IMG/VR virus record: IMGVR_UViG_3300045988_065571
Origin: a virus
Direction: 5' to 3' (one strand)
Length of the DNA: 64,000 bases
A model generated the notes under the pieces. The model was not told the DNA's origin. It did not search any database and saw nothing but the letters and a program-made list of their open reading frames with translations. A program made the position numbers and the translations under genes. This document shows, one piece after another, positions 1 through 9,570 of the stretch. Numbering within the stretch: position 1 is the stretch's first letter; every line of letters starts with the position of its first letter.

Positions 1-36
1 TATTGGAATAAGGAATATTGGAATAAGGAATACTGA
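1..36 (+). repeat. Perfect 15-bp tandem duplication (tattggaataaggaa x2) that runs into TGA at 34-36. In frame it reads YWNKE-YWNKE-Y-stop, so it is probably the 3' end of a CDS cut by the window edge.
   Basis: Direct reading: bases 1-15 are identical to 16-30, and frame 1 is open until the TGA at 34-36. Confidence 0.4.
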
Positions 37-204
37 TATAAGAATCAATCAGGAAAAGGGATTGTTAAGGGAAAAACAAAGCCAGTTTCGTAACTGATTG
101 AATTTGAATTAGTTGGCTTATGCCAGACTTGGCAAATGAATGCCAAGCACCTGATATAGAGTGAGTTGACTATTATGAATTGAAACCGAAAAACTCAAGT
201 AACA

Positions 205-474
205 ATGAACAAAGAAACTTTATACAGAACAGAGATATTACCAAAAAATCTGAAGAGTATGTTTAATCTCTTAGCAACTCTTTATAATCGAGTTGTAAAG
301 AGTCACAAGGGAAAAATCAGAATGAGTATTACTCAAGATTCAAAAGGGATTGATATTCGATTTAGAATTCCGACTACTGACTTCAGTAATAATTTCAAAG
401 TAATTTTGGGAGTAATAATCGATAGATACAAAACAAAAGATGCCTATCTCAGATCAAAAGATGAAGAAGCTTAA
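205..474 (+). CDS. Hypothetical protein (89 aa)
   Basis: ORF on the dominant strand upstream of the terminase. No motif recognised. Confidence 0.4.
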   Translation: MNKETLYRTEILPKNLKSMFNLLATLYNRVVKSHKGKIRMSITQDSKGIDIRFRIPTTDFSNNFKVILGVIIDRYKTKDAYLRSKDEEA

Positions 475-1081
475 GATTGCCATGGTAGTCCTTTTACTAG
501 GATTTACTATTTACCTTTGCTTCAGGAATTACAAACTGAATCAACAACTCAGTATGTTACCTGATAAAGAGATCATTCAACATACTGATACAATTTATTT
601 GAAGAAAGATTTCCTGCCAATTTCCTACGATAATTTACTTAACCCAAGTAGAATCCTTCTTTACAATTATCAGAATTGGGATAAGCCGCCTATTCATGCC
701 GCTAATAACCATGATTCTATAATCTCAGAGAAGGATTCTCTTGTTCAATTAGTAATCGATAAGAATCAACTTACATTGAGTTTCCTTAATCAAAACTCGG
801 GAATTTATTCTAGTAGGTTATTCAATATCGACCCTAATAACTACAAGTATTCTTGGTATAACGGAAAACTTACCACACAAGAAATTAAATCTAGAATAAG
901 ATTAGTTCCTTATGTTTATGGTAAGTACCGACCCTTTAGCAATCTATGGGATTTGGGAACAGGAATTTCAATCGAGACTAAGAGATTTAATTACAAACTG
1001 GGGATAAACAGTTTTTATTACCCAAGATATTTCTCAGGTATCAAAACTGATTTAGAACTGGTAGTAACTTATAAATTTTAG
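440..1081 (+). CDS. Membrane-anchored or possibly lipoprotein-like hypothetical protein. The more likely start is the ATG at 461 (MKKLKIAMVVLLLGFTIYLCF).
   Basis: Basic N-terminus followed by a hydrophobic helix ending in LC. The ATG at 461 overlaps the upstream stop at 472-474. Confidence 0.45.
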   Translation: MPISDQKMKKLKIAMVVLLLGFTIYLCFRNYKLNQQLSMLPDKEIIQHTDTIYLKKDFLPISYDNLLNPSRILLYNYQNWDKPPIHAANNHDSIISEKDSLVQLVIDKNQLTLSFLNQNSGIYSSRLFNIDPNNYKYSWYNGKLTTQEIKSRIRLVPYVYGKYRPFSNLWDLGTGISIETKRFNYKLGINSFYYPRYFSGIKTDLELVVTYKF

Positions 1082-1086
1082 ATTTT

Positions 1087-2589
1087 ATGGCAAAGAAGAT
1101 ACAGGAAACACCAACTAACCTTACAAGAGAAGAGTTATCTAATCTATCTAGGGTTACAATGGATGTTTTCTTTTTCAGTCTTTTTTGTTATGTGATACAT
1201 CCAGTGAGAGGAAAGGTTCGATTTGAATTATATCCGTATCAAAAAGCCGTACTATACCAATTTATACTCCAGAGATTCAATATATTGTTAAAGTTCAGGC
1301 AAGCGGGTATTACAGAACTTATATCTATGTACTGCTTATGGCTGGCATCATATCATCCTAATAAGAAGATAAACATTATCTCCATTAAGGATACAACAGC
1401 TAAGAAGGTACTTAAGAAGATTAAGTTCATGTATAAGAATCTTCCATGGTATATGCAAACCCCGATCATTAACGGAAGAACTGGGGAATTTGGTTCTGCC
1501 TCTATGATTGAATTCGATAATGGTTCATTCATAGAATCCATCCCAACATCTTCAGAAGCCGGTCGTTCAGAATCTCTTTCTCTCCTGGTAATTGATGAGG
1601 CTGCAATCGTTCGGTGGGCTTCAGCTATTTGGGCAGCTGCCTTCCCTACGCTTTCCACCGGAGGTTCAGCCATCATCAATTCTACTCCATACGGTATGGG
1701 TAACTTTTATCATTCAACATGGGTAGATGCTATAGCTGGAGGTAATCCTTTCAATGCTATTCGATTATATTGGCAGATGCACCCAGAACGGGATCAATCT
1801 TGGTATGACCAGATGGCTTCTGCATTGGGTCCAAAAAGAACTGCCCAAGAAATCGATGGAGACTTTCTTTCTTCAGGTAATACAGTATTTGATATGGCAG
1901 ATATCAAGGCTATCGAAGATTGCTTAAGTGATTATCCAGTTTTAAAATATCGTTTCAATCGTCAGTATAGACAATTCAACGAACCAGATCCAAATAAACA
2001 GTACTTTATCGGTGCAGACGTTGCAACAGGTAGAGGCTCAGACTATTCTTCTTTCACTTGTATGGACAAGCTGGGAGAAGAACAAGTTGTGTATAAGGGA
2101 AGAATGGCAGTAGATAAATATGCTAGGTTACTGGGAGATACTGGGCAATTATTTAATTTTGCTGTTGTAGCTCCAGAATCTAACGACGTTGGGTTAGCAG
2201 TAACTTCTGCTCTTCAGTCAGAAGGATACCCTAACCTATATTACTATCAAAAGCTTCTGAAAAAGAAAGGTAAATCTAGACCAGAGGTTGATAAATCTCC
2301 TGGTTGGTTAACTACCCAAAAGAATCGTTCAGTAATTATAGAGGGTCTAGAACAAGATATTCGAGAAGAGAATATTATTGTGAAGGATCCTTTCTTTGTT
2401 CAAGAAGCTCCTACCTTTATATATGATGGTTTGGGTAGACCTGTAGCCATGGGTAAACACCGAAATAATACTTCTGCTGTAGATGTGGATTTGGAAGGAG
2501 ATGTTTATTCTGATGATGATATATTTGGTAAAGCTATTTGTAATCACATACGAAAAGGAAAAACTAATGTAATAATACAACCGAAATGA
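1087..2589 (+). CDS. terL: Terminase large subunit
   Basis: 500 aa. ATPase-like segment KFRQAGITEL followed by Walker B-like LLVIDEAA. C-terminal nuclease-type region (IGADVATGRGSDYSS ... VVAPESNDVG). Sits directly upstream of the portal gene and overlaps it. Confidence 0.85.
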   Translation: MAKKIQETPTNLTREELSNLSRVTMDVFFFSLFCYVIHPVRGKVRFELYPYQKAVLYQFILQRFNILLKFRQAGITELISMYCLWLASYHPNKKINIISIKDTTAKKVLKKIKFMYKNLPWYMQTPIINGRTGEFGSASMIEFDNGSFIESIPTSSEAGRSESLSLLVIDEAAIVRWASAIWAAAFPTLSTGGSAIINSTPYGMGNFYHSTWVDAIAGGNPFNAIRLYWQMHPERDQSWYDQMASALGPKRTAQEIDGDFLSSGNTVFDMADIKAIEDCLSDYPVLKYRFNRQYRQFNEPDPNKQYFIGADVATGRGSDYSSFTCMDKLGEEQVVYKGRMAVDKYARLLGDTGQLFNFAVVAPESNDVGLAVTSALQSEGYPNLYYYQKLLKKKGKSRPEVDKSPGWLTTQKNRSVIIEGLEQDIREENIIVKDPFFVQEAPTFIYDGLGRPVAMGKHRNNTSAVDVDLEGDVYSDDDIFGKAICNHIRKGKTNVIIQPK

Positions 2590-4079
2590 AAATTCTTAAG
2601 TTTTTTGGATTCGATAGAAGGAATCGATCTCCAATACAAGAAAACAAGGCTAATCCTCCAAGTAAAAAAGAGGAGGTACCTATTTCACCCGGTAGAGTAT
2701 CGGAACCGGATGATGACCCAGGTAACTTCATTCATACATTGAAAGGCTTAACTCAGATGGTTACGCCTTCTTTTCGTGTTGAAGTGATTCAGCTTTTAAG
2801 GGATTTATATAAAGTGAATCCAGATGTTAACATAGCTTTACAGGACATGTTTAAGCTTGCTAATACTGGTCACAACATAACCTTCCCTAATAATACCGAT
2901 AAAGAGGCTGATAAGATGAGAGATCATCTTTCTAAGGTATCCTCTAAATGGTCTAACTATACTGCCGGTATGGATGGCTTGGTAAACAAGATGATAGTTC
3001 AATTGATGATCAGTGGAGCTATCTCAATAGAATCTGTACCAAATGAAAAGCTTGATGGTTTATCCACTATCCTATTTCTCAAACCAGACCGAATAGTATT
3101 CAAAAGAGAGAATAATGGTGTATATAGCCCATATCAGAGGAACACTCTTTGGAATGGCTCGAATAAGCAAGATTATATCAAACTTAATACAGAGACCTAC
3201 TGTTATGTGGGTATGTACAATGATACCGATGAACCTTACGGAATACCTCCTTTTATGGCATCATTGGATTCATTAAAGGGTCAGCATGATATGAAAACCA
3301 ATTTTAAACATATCATGGAAATCTGTGGTATGGTTGGTTTTCTAGAAGCTTTGATGGAAAAACCCCAACAGAAACCTAATGAAAATGTAGAAGCTTATAC
3401 TAGAAGATTAAATAGGGAGCTAATACGTTTGAAACAGAATGTAAGGGAAGGTATGAAGGATGGAGTAGTAACTGGTTATATCGATGATCACCAGTTTAAA
3501 CTGAACTCTACTTCAAAAGAGATGAGCAATATTGATAAACCTTGGAATATGAACCAGCAATCAGTTGCTAATGGTTTGGGAGTAAATGGTAACCTAATTG
3601 GAGTACAAGCTTCCATTGGAGAAGGAGCAACTGGTATTATGCTTTCTAAGCTTATAAGTCAGCTGAAGAATATCCAAATGATAGTTTCTTATGTTCTTAA
3701 GTTTATTTATGAACTAGAACTACGTCTGGCTGGCTTTGATTGCAAGGGAATATCCATTACTTGGGGATCATCCACTATCTCTGATGAGGTTAAAATCCAA
3801 CAGGGTAGACAGTATAAGATTCAGAACCTTGACTTACTTTACAAAGCAGGTATCATTTCTCAATATCAATATGCTTGGGAAATGGGTTATGATTCTCCTT
3901 CAGAAGAAGAACCAAGAGTTTCGTTGGAAGACCAATTTGCTAAGGGAGGTAATTCAGACCCACAAGAGGGTACTAAGAAGAAACAGAGACAGGACGATAA
4001 GAATCAATCCGCTCGTAGATCAAGAGATAAAAATAACCCAGCTCCTTCACGAGGAGATCAAAATACTAAATCAAGATGA
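2586..4079 (+). CDS. Portal protein
   Basis: 497 aa. ATGA overlap with terL and followed by the protease/scaffold gene. Charged, low-complexity C-terminal tail. Called from position and size. Confidence 0.7.
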   Translation: MKILKFFGFDRRNRSPIQENKANPPSKKEEVPISPGRVSEPDDDPGNFIHTLKGLTQMVTPSFRVEVIQLLRDLYKVNPDVNIALQDMFKLANTGHNITFPNNTDKEADKMRDHLSKVSSKWSNYTAGMDGLVNKMIVQLMISGAISIESVPNEKLDGLSTILFLKPDRIVFKRENNGVYSPYQRNTLWNGSNKQDYIKLNTETYCYVGMYNDTDEPYGIPPFMASLDSLKGQHDMKTNFKHIMEICGMVGFLEALMEKPQQKPNENVEAYTRRLNRELIRLKQNVREGMKDGVVTGYIDDHQFKLNSTSKEMSNIDKPWNMNQQSVANGLGVNGNLIGVQASIGEGATGIMLSKLISQLKNIQMIVSYVLKFIYELELRLAGFDCKGISITWGSSTISDEVKIQQGRQYKIQNLDLLYKAGIISQYQYAWEMGYDSPSEEEPRVSLEDQFAKGGNSDPQEGTKKKQRQDDKNQSARRSRDKNNPAPSRGDQNTKSR

Positions 4080-5575
4080 GTAAACCGATTACTAAAAAGA
4101 ACAGAGAACATTTAGATTCTTTAGTGATAGGTAGTGGTCATACTATAATGGCTGGATATATTCCAACATCAATAGAACCACAAACCTTCTCAGAGAATTT
4201 CTATAAATGGGCTCAAACTTCTAAGGAGTCAGTTAGTCAATTTGGTTTTTGGGGAGGAGAAATAGATTATAATACCTATTATCCTGACTTGAAGCCAGAA
4301 GAACTTACTCCTAAAGATGAGGAGTTTATAGAACCAATGTTCAGATTATTATCTGCAACTATTGTGTCTAAGAACTGGAACCCTACCGATTTTGGTCAAA
4401 ACGGAGTATTAAAAGCTTCTATGAGAATGCTCTTGGGACAAACAGTAAACTGTGACCATGAGACTAATATTGGTAATGCTATTGGAGCTGTATCACAAGT
4501 TATCTGGCAAGATGAATACAAGGATGGTTCTTTTGTTATCCCTGCAGGTATCAATGGTATATTAAAGATTGATGGTAAAGCCAATCCAAGAATTGCTAGA
4601 GGTATTCTTATGGATCCTCCATCCATCCATTCTAATTCAGTAACAGTGCAGTTTAAGTGGGATAAGTCTCACCCAAATATGGAAGATAACGAATTCTATC
4701 AGAAACTGGGTACTTATGATTCTAAGGGAGTTATGGTACGAAGAATAGTTACTGAAGTAGTAAGATACTTAGAAACTTCTTTAGTATCTCACGGAGCTGA
4801 TGCTTTTGCTCAGAAGATTGGGGATGATGGTAAAATCATTAATCCTAATTTTGCCAAGAGAACTTGGGCTTCATACGAAGAATATAGGGATGATAAGTCT
4901 AAACAGTATTTCTTCTATGATACGAAAACTGACCTAGCTTTGTTCAGTGAAAATAACGATACTTCCCAATCTTATGATGATAACCAAGGAAATCAAAATC
5001 CTAATAATAAAGATATGAATGAACTACAAAAATTTTTAGAAAGAATCTTTGGTAAAGATTGCCTTACTCTTGCCGAAGGTACAGAGATGAATGAGGAAAC
5101 TGCCTTTGCAGCCATTCAGGAATTGGTTAATTCTCGTAATACTCTTCAGACCACCGTAGATAATTTAACTACAGAAAAAACTTCTCTTACAGAACAGGTT
5201 AGTAATCTGAATGCAGAAGTTGCAAATCTGAAGGAAATGGCTCAGGTAGGTAAAAACCACATTGTATCTCTCCGTGAAAATGCTGTTGCAACCTATAAAA
5301 AACTTATGGGTGACAAAGCTGATGAAACTATCGTTACAATGTTGAATGCCGAAACTACCGGCATGGTAACTTTGATCTCTCTTACTAAAGATTACCAAGC
5401 TAGATTGGAAGAGAAATTCCCAATGACTTGTGCTAAATGCGGTTCTCATGATGTAAGCCGTGCTTCTTCTGCAGCTGAGCCAGAAGATAAATCTAATAAC
5501 CAAGCTACTGCTCAGAATTCCGAAAAGAGTACTGAAGAGATTCTGAAAGGTATCTATTCAAACAAATTAAAATAA
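4076..5575 (+). CDS. Prohead protease (HK97/S78-like) fused to a coiled-coil scaffold-like C-terminus
   Basis: TVNCDHETNIGNAIGAV ... GILKIDGKANPRIARGI ... SIHSNSVTVQF fits the His and Ser blocks of HK97-type prohead proteases. The C-terminal half has heptad-like segments (LTTEKTSLTEQVSNLNAEVANLKEMAQ). Lies between portal and capsid genes. Confidence 0.55.
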   Translation: MSKPITKKNREHLDSLVIGSGHTIMAGYIPTSIEPQTFSENFYKWAQTSKESVSQFGFWGGEIDYNTYYPDLKPEELTPKDEEFIEPMFRLLSATIVSKNWNPTDFGQNGVLKASMRMLLGQTVNCDHETNIGNAIGAVSQVIWQDEYKDGSFVIPAGINGILKIDGKANPRIARGILMDPPSIHSNSVTVQFKWDKSHPNMEDNEFYQKLGTYDSKGVMVRRIVTEVVRYLETSLVSHGADAFAQKIGDDGKIINPNFAKRTWASYEEYRDDKSKQYFFYDTKTDLALFSENNDTSQSYDDNQGNQNPNNKDMNELQKFLERIFGKDCLTLAEGTEMNEETAFAAIQELVNSRNTLQTTVDNLTTEKTSLTEQVSNLNAEVANLKEMAQVGKNHIVSLRENAVATYKKLMGDKADETIVTMLNAETTGMVTLISLTKDYQARLEEKFPMTCAKCGSHDVSRASSAAEPEDKSNNQATAQNSEKSTEEILKGIYSNKLK

Positions 5576-5594
5576 TCTCTAAAATAAGAAGAAT

Positions 5595-6086
5595 ATGAAT
5601 ACACTTCATCCTACTACTAAGTTAGTAAACGAAGATCAACCGATGACTCTGTTTGGTGAAAAAACTCCCAGAGCGGTGATCTATAAGAGTGAATCTCACA
5701 AGTTGCATCAGGCTTTCTGTGTAAAAGAAACCAAAGTTATTCATCAGGGTATGCCGGTAGCTTTGGATACCGATGGTAATATCGAACCGTATATCCCGGG
5801 TGGAGATGGCAGCCAGGTTTATCTGGGTATAGCTGTAACTGATAACATTAATCCTGCTTATCAGGCTCAAAGAAATTTCCCCGTAGAAGTAACTGTAGCC
5901 GTAGAAGCTTTCATGGTTGTAAACTGGGTAGCTAAAGAGGCTATGGAATGTGGTTATGTAAAACCCACCGATAAACTGTTGATTGACCGTTTCATCACTG
6001 CTGAAACTTCAGATGAGGAAACAAAATTCATTAGCATCGTACCGGCTGATGAAGCTAATGATATTATCCAGGTATTGGTACGCTAA
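5595..6086 (+). CDS. Head decoration/cement-like protein (DUF2190-like)
   Basis: 163 aa, immediately upstream of the major capsid gene. GMPVALDTDGNIEPYIPGG..VYLGIAVTDN resembles the DUF2190 pattern. Confidence 0.4.
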   Translation: MNTLHPTTKLVNEDQPMTLFGEKTPRAVIYKSESHKLHQAFCVKETKVIHQGMPVALDTDGNIEPYIPGGDGSQVYLGIAVTDNINPAYQAQRNFPVEVTVAVEAFMVVNWVAKEAMECGYVKPTDKLLIDRFITAETSDEETKFISIVPADEANDIIQVLVR

Positions 6087-6111
6087 TCATTAACTGAACA
6101 TTAAAAGAACA

Positions 6112-7227
6112 ATGAATACAGAATTTGCACAATTGAAAATGGAAGACCTTAGAAAGGAACTTCCGGAAATGGTAAGAAGTTTGGAAGCATACCGTCAGGG
6201 TTCCAACAACACATTGCCTATTGAAGTTACTCTGGAAGAACTGGTACAGGGTAAATATGGTGTATCACAGGATGCCTTCTTCGAAAAGTTGGGCATTAAT
6301 CCTAAGATTGATACAATGCAGAACATCTTCACTATGCCGCAACAGAATATCCGTTGGATTGTACCGGAAATCATTCGTGCTGCTATTACAACTGGTATGC
6401 GCCAGGCACCTTTCTACCCGAATATCATTGCTTCAGACCAATCAATTAACGGTTTGCAGGTAACTATGCCGATGGTAAATATGTCGGATGCTGCTCCCGC
6501 TAAGGTAAATGAAGCAGAAACAATTCCTTTGGGAGATGTAAGCTTCGGACAGAAATCAGTTTCTCTGTTCAAAATCGGTAAAGGATTTAAACTTACTGAC
6601 GAAGTTAAAAACTACGTTTCCATCGATGTATTGGGAATCTATCTCCGTGACTTTGGTATTCAGTTGGGTTATGCTATGGATACTTTGGCAATGGATGTTT
6701 TGATGAATGGTAACAAAGCTGATGGTTCTGAATCTGCTCCAGTTATTGGTGTATATGAAACAACCAACGGTATTACTTATAAAGACTTGTTGCATATCTG
6801 GGTTCGTGCTGCTCGTATGGGCCGTAACTTTACTACTATGATTGGTGGTGAAGACCAGGCTATCGAAATGTTGAACTTGCCCGAATTCAAAGAACGTCAT
6901 TCAGGAACTACAGAAGCTACCCTGAATATCAAATCTCCGGTTCCCAACAAGGCTGATTTCTACATTCACCCGGGAACTCCTGACCAGCAGTTGTTGATGG
7001 TAGATACCAGTGCTGCTTTGATTAAGCTTACTGCTAAACAGTTGATGCTTGAATCAGAAAGAATCGTATCTAATCAGACTGAAGCCGTATATGCTTCTCT
7101 GACTACTGGTTTCTCTAAGATGTACCAGGATGCTGTTCTTCTGTTGGCAGCTAACAAGAAATTCTCTGAAGCTGGATTCCCGAGCTTCATGAACATTGAC
7201 CCATATTTATTGGTTAACTTAGAATAA
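6112..7227 (+). CDS. Major capsid protein
   Basis: 371 aa in the canonical position after protease/scaffold and decoration genes. Codon usage is visibly shifted (more ccg/ctg/ggt) compared with neighbouring genes. Followed by a strong intrinsic terminator. Confidence 0.75.
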   Translation: MNTEFAQLKMEDLRKELPEMVRSLEAYRQGSNNTLPIEVTLEELVQGKYGVSQDAFFEKLGINPKIDTMQNIFTMPQQNIRWIVPEIIRAAITTGMRQAPFYPNIIASDQSINGLQVTMPMVNMSDAAPAKVNEAETIPLGDVSFGQKSVSLFKIGKGFKLTDEVKNYVSIDVLGIYLRDFGIQLGYAMDTLAMDVLMNGNKADGSESAPVIGVYETTNGITYKDLLHIWVRAARMGRNFTTMIGGEDQAIEMLNLPEFKERHSGTTEATLNIKSPVPNKADFYIHPGTPDQQLLMVDTSAALIKLTAKQLMLESERIVSNQTEAVYASLTTGFSKMYQDAVLLLAANKKFSEAGFPSFMNIDPYLLVNLE

Positions 7228-7265
7228 TATCCGGGATTTCTTCATTGTATTTTTGTCTAATTTCT

Positions 7266-7301
7266 CCCCGAACAGTTTCAATCCATTCTGTTCGGGGTTT
7301 T
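7266..7301 (+). terminator. Rho-independent terminator after the capsid gene
   Basis: Perfect 10-bp stem, ccccgaacag (7266-7275) with ctgttcgggg (7288-7297), followed by TTTT. Confidence 0.8.
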
Positions 7302-7327
7302 ATATTATAACCTAAAATAAAAAGATT

Positions 7328-7723
7328 ATGGCTACTACTTATATTGTAACTGTTGGAGCTAATGCCTATAGTTTTAACGACCAGGTAACTGGTATTTCAA
7401 TTGCAAAAGGCGAAGAGAGAGAACTTACTGCTCGTCAGTACAGAACAAAACGTATTCAGAAAGCTTTAGTTTCTGGCCACTTGGTTTTAGTTCCGGATAA
7501 GAACAAAGTTAACAAGTATACCGATGAGGATATCGAAAAACTTGACAAGAAGTTAGCTGCTCAGTTTGCAAAGGGCATGGAGATTGGTAAGATTGCCAAA
7601 GCCTATTCTCTCGAGGAAGCTAAGCTGATTGCTAAGAAACACGAAATCGAAGCTGACCCGAAAGATACCGTAAAAGATATCCTTGAAGTTTTACTTGAAG
7701 ATTTCGAAGAAAACAAAGAATAA
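7328..7723 (+). CDS. Hypothetical protein (131 aa) in the head module
   Basis: ORF after the capsid terminator. Lys/Glu-rich C-terminal half. No motif recognised. Confidence 0.4.
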   Translation: MATTYIVTVGANAYSFNDQVTGISIAKGEERELTARQYRTKRIQKALVSGHLVLVPDKNKVNKYTDEDIEKLDKKLAAQFAKGMEIGKIAKAYSLEEAKLIAKKHEIEADPKDTVKDILEVLLEDFEENKE

Positions 7724-7741
7724 AAATAAACCCGAATATAA

Positions 7742-8656
7742 ATGAAAAAGAATCTAGACTTCACATATGTAACATCAGGTCTGGAAGTTTCATTTAGAGT
7801 ATTAACCAAAGTCCCGGCCAAATCCATTTTTGACTGGGACTTTGGCGATGATAAGGGAGAGGTTTTCAATGGTGGAAGGCATCAATCTTACTCTTATGAG
7901 AAGTCTGGATTTTATGATGTAACCTTACATGTCACTAATTCTGATGGATTAGATTTGACTTGTACTCGAACTGTAGTTGTATGTAATTATGGACATACTA
8001 CTCTTCAGGATACCATCTACAATTTGATAGATAGGTATATTCCCAAAGAATTGCATGAGAGTATGACCATAGAAGATAAAACTGCATACATAACTAAATG
8101 GCAATTATATATCTTCCCACTAGTAAATCATATTATACCACCAGATAAATATAATGATGAATTATGGTATGAGGGACTAGAAAACCAATTAATTATGGAA
8201 TTGGCTGTATGGGATTATCTCAATATACAAATACAAAATATCCTGTTGGTTGCAGGAAACAGTTTCAGAGAAATTATCTCCACTGAATCTACTGGACCAG
8301 ACCAAGATGGTGATTCACCTGGAGAACATGCTAGAGGAGATAGGATAAAGCAAATTACTACGGGTCCTACCGAGGTACAGTATTATGATAAGATATCCGA
8401 AAGTATATCTAGCTTATGGAGTACTTATTCAAAGATGATTCAACCTGGGGGATATATGGATGAATTAAGAAAGAATCTATGTATGCTGGCATCCAGGTTG
8501 GAGATATACTTACCATTCTGTGATCAAATCGAACGGTTGGTAGTACCAAGAGTAGTAAATCATCGAAAACCAACTCCTTTGGGAGGACCTAATCCAACAG
8601 CTCCTCTCAATAAAGCAAGTAAACCTTCGTTAACCATAATAGATAAGAAGTCATGA
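7742..8656 (+). CDS. PKD-domain-containing virion protein
   Basis: DWDFGDDKGEVFNGGRHQSYSYEKSGFYDVTLHVTNSDGLDLTCTRTVVV matches the PKD signature (WDFGDG...H.Y...G.Y.V.L.V.N). Confidence 0.55.
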   Translation: MKKNLDFTYVTSGLEVSFRVLTKVPAKSIFDWDFGDDKGEVFNGGRHQSYSYEKSGFYDVTLHVTNSDGLDLTCTRTVVVCNYGHTTLQDTIYNLIDRYIPKELHESMTIEDKTAYITKWQLYIFPLVNHIIPPDKYNDELWYEGLENQLIMELAVWDYLNIQIQNILLVAGNSFREIISTESTGPDQDGDSPGEHARGDRIKQITTGPTEVQYYDKISESISSLWSTYSKMIQPGGYMDELRKNLCMLASRLEIYLPFCDQIERLVVPRVVNHRKPTPLGGPNPTAPLNKASKPSLTIIDKKS

Positions 8657-9138
8657 CAAAAGAACCTTGGAGAATGGTTAAGAACCATTCTTGGAATAGG
8701 TATAAAAAGATTATCACTGATTTCTTAGACTGGGATGCTGGAAGACAAACAATTACTTGGGCTAAACACGTTAATCAATATCTAGATCATGCCGAGGATG
8801 ATAGTCCAAGATATTATAATATTCCCATAGAAGCTTTATGCTACTACAATGCCTTTAGGAACTGGCCAATAAATAAAGCTACTGTTCCTGGAGAATTAGA
8901 TGATGAGAACCTTTCTATACTTATTTCAAAGAATTACATAGAACAAATCGGATATCTCAATCAGGAAGGTTATTGGAACTTTAACTGGTCTGAAGATAGG
9001 TTTGTTATCAATGGGATAGTATATAAACCTTCTGGAGATACTCAAGTATCTCAGGCTAAAGATGAAGCTTTGGTATTCTTGGTAATCCTCAAAAGGGATA
9101 GAGATACTAAAATTAAATTCGTAGAACAAAATCCATAA
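8653..9138 (+). CDS. Hypothetical protein; head-tail connector candidate by position only
   Basis: ATGA overlap with the upstream gene. 161 aa. Confidence 0.35.
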   Translation: MTKEPWRMVKNHSWNRYKKIITDFLDWDAGRQTITWAKHVNQYLDHAEDDSPRYYNIPIEALCYYNAFRNWPINKATVPGELDDENLSILISKNYIEQIGYLNQEGYWNFNWSEDRFVINGIVYKPSGDTQVSQAKDEALVFLVILKRDRDTKIKFVEQNP

Positions 9139-9142
9139 AGAT

Positions 9143-9559
9143 ATGAAAATGTTAATGTTACGTTTCACCAAGCTTAACAATGTAGATGGCGATTGGTGGG
9201 ACAGTAATCTTATAATCTTGAATGGACCTTCTGGAGTTCACATAGAAATGCCTGGTACTGGTAATTCGGCTACTACCATGCAATCTATGACTGGTATGAA
9301 GTTCGTATCAAATTACCAAGATTACTTTGGAGAGGTATGGGATAAAGATATACCTCATATAGGCTTTGGCCAAGTTATTAAGTTCAGAGTTAGGAAATTA
9401 CCTGATTATGCCGTAGTTATGGGAGATATCGAGGATGGAGGAGATGTTGACCCGGATAATCCAGATGATATTCCAAATGCTTTTGCTGGCAAGGAAAAAG
9501 AATACTTCAGAGGTAATAACTCAGAACTGTTATTGGGAAAGAATAAAGTAACACCTTAA
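9143..9559 (+). CDS. Hypothetical protein (138 aa)
   Basis: Dominant-strand ORF between the connector candidate and the fibre gene. Confidence 0.35.
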   Translation: MKMLMLRFTKLNNVDGDWWDSNLIILNGPSGVHIEMPGTGNSATTMQSMTGMKFVSNYQDYFGEVWDKDIPHIGFGQVIKFRVRKLPDYAVVMGDIEDGGDVDPDNPDDIPNAFAGKEKEYFRGNNSELLLGKNKVTP

Positions 9560-9570
9560 AATATATACAT

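Noticed and set aside
1353-1679. Minus-strand ORF (108 aa) inside the terminase gene. Similar antisense ORFs occur at 2347-2580, 4396-4626, 5165-5503, 5622-5870, 6556-6900 and 7603-7869.
   Set aside because: Each is fully nested antisense within a well-supported + strand gene. They have low-complexity, hydrophobic translations and no independent start context. They are typical shadow ORFs of AT-rich coding sequence.
3736-4083. Alternative-frame + strand ORF (115 aa) overlapping the portal C-terminus.
   Set aside because: It lies entirely within the portal gene, which continues in frame to the ATGA junction with the next gene. There is no motif or start context supporting it.
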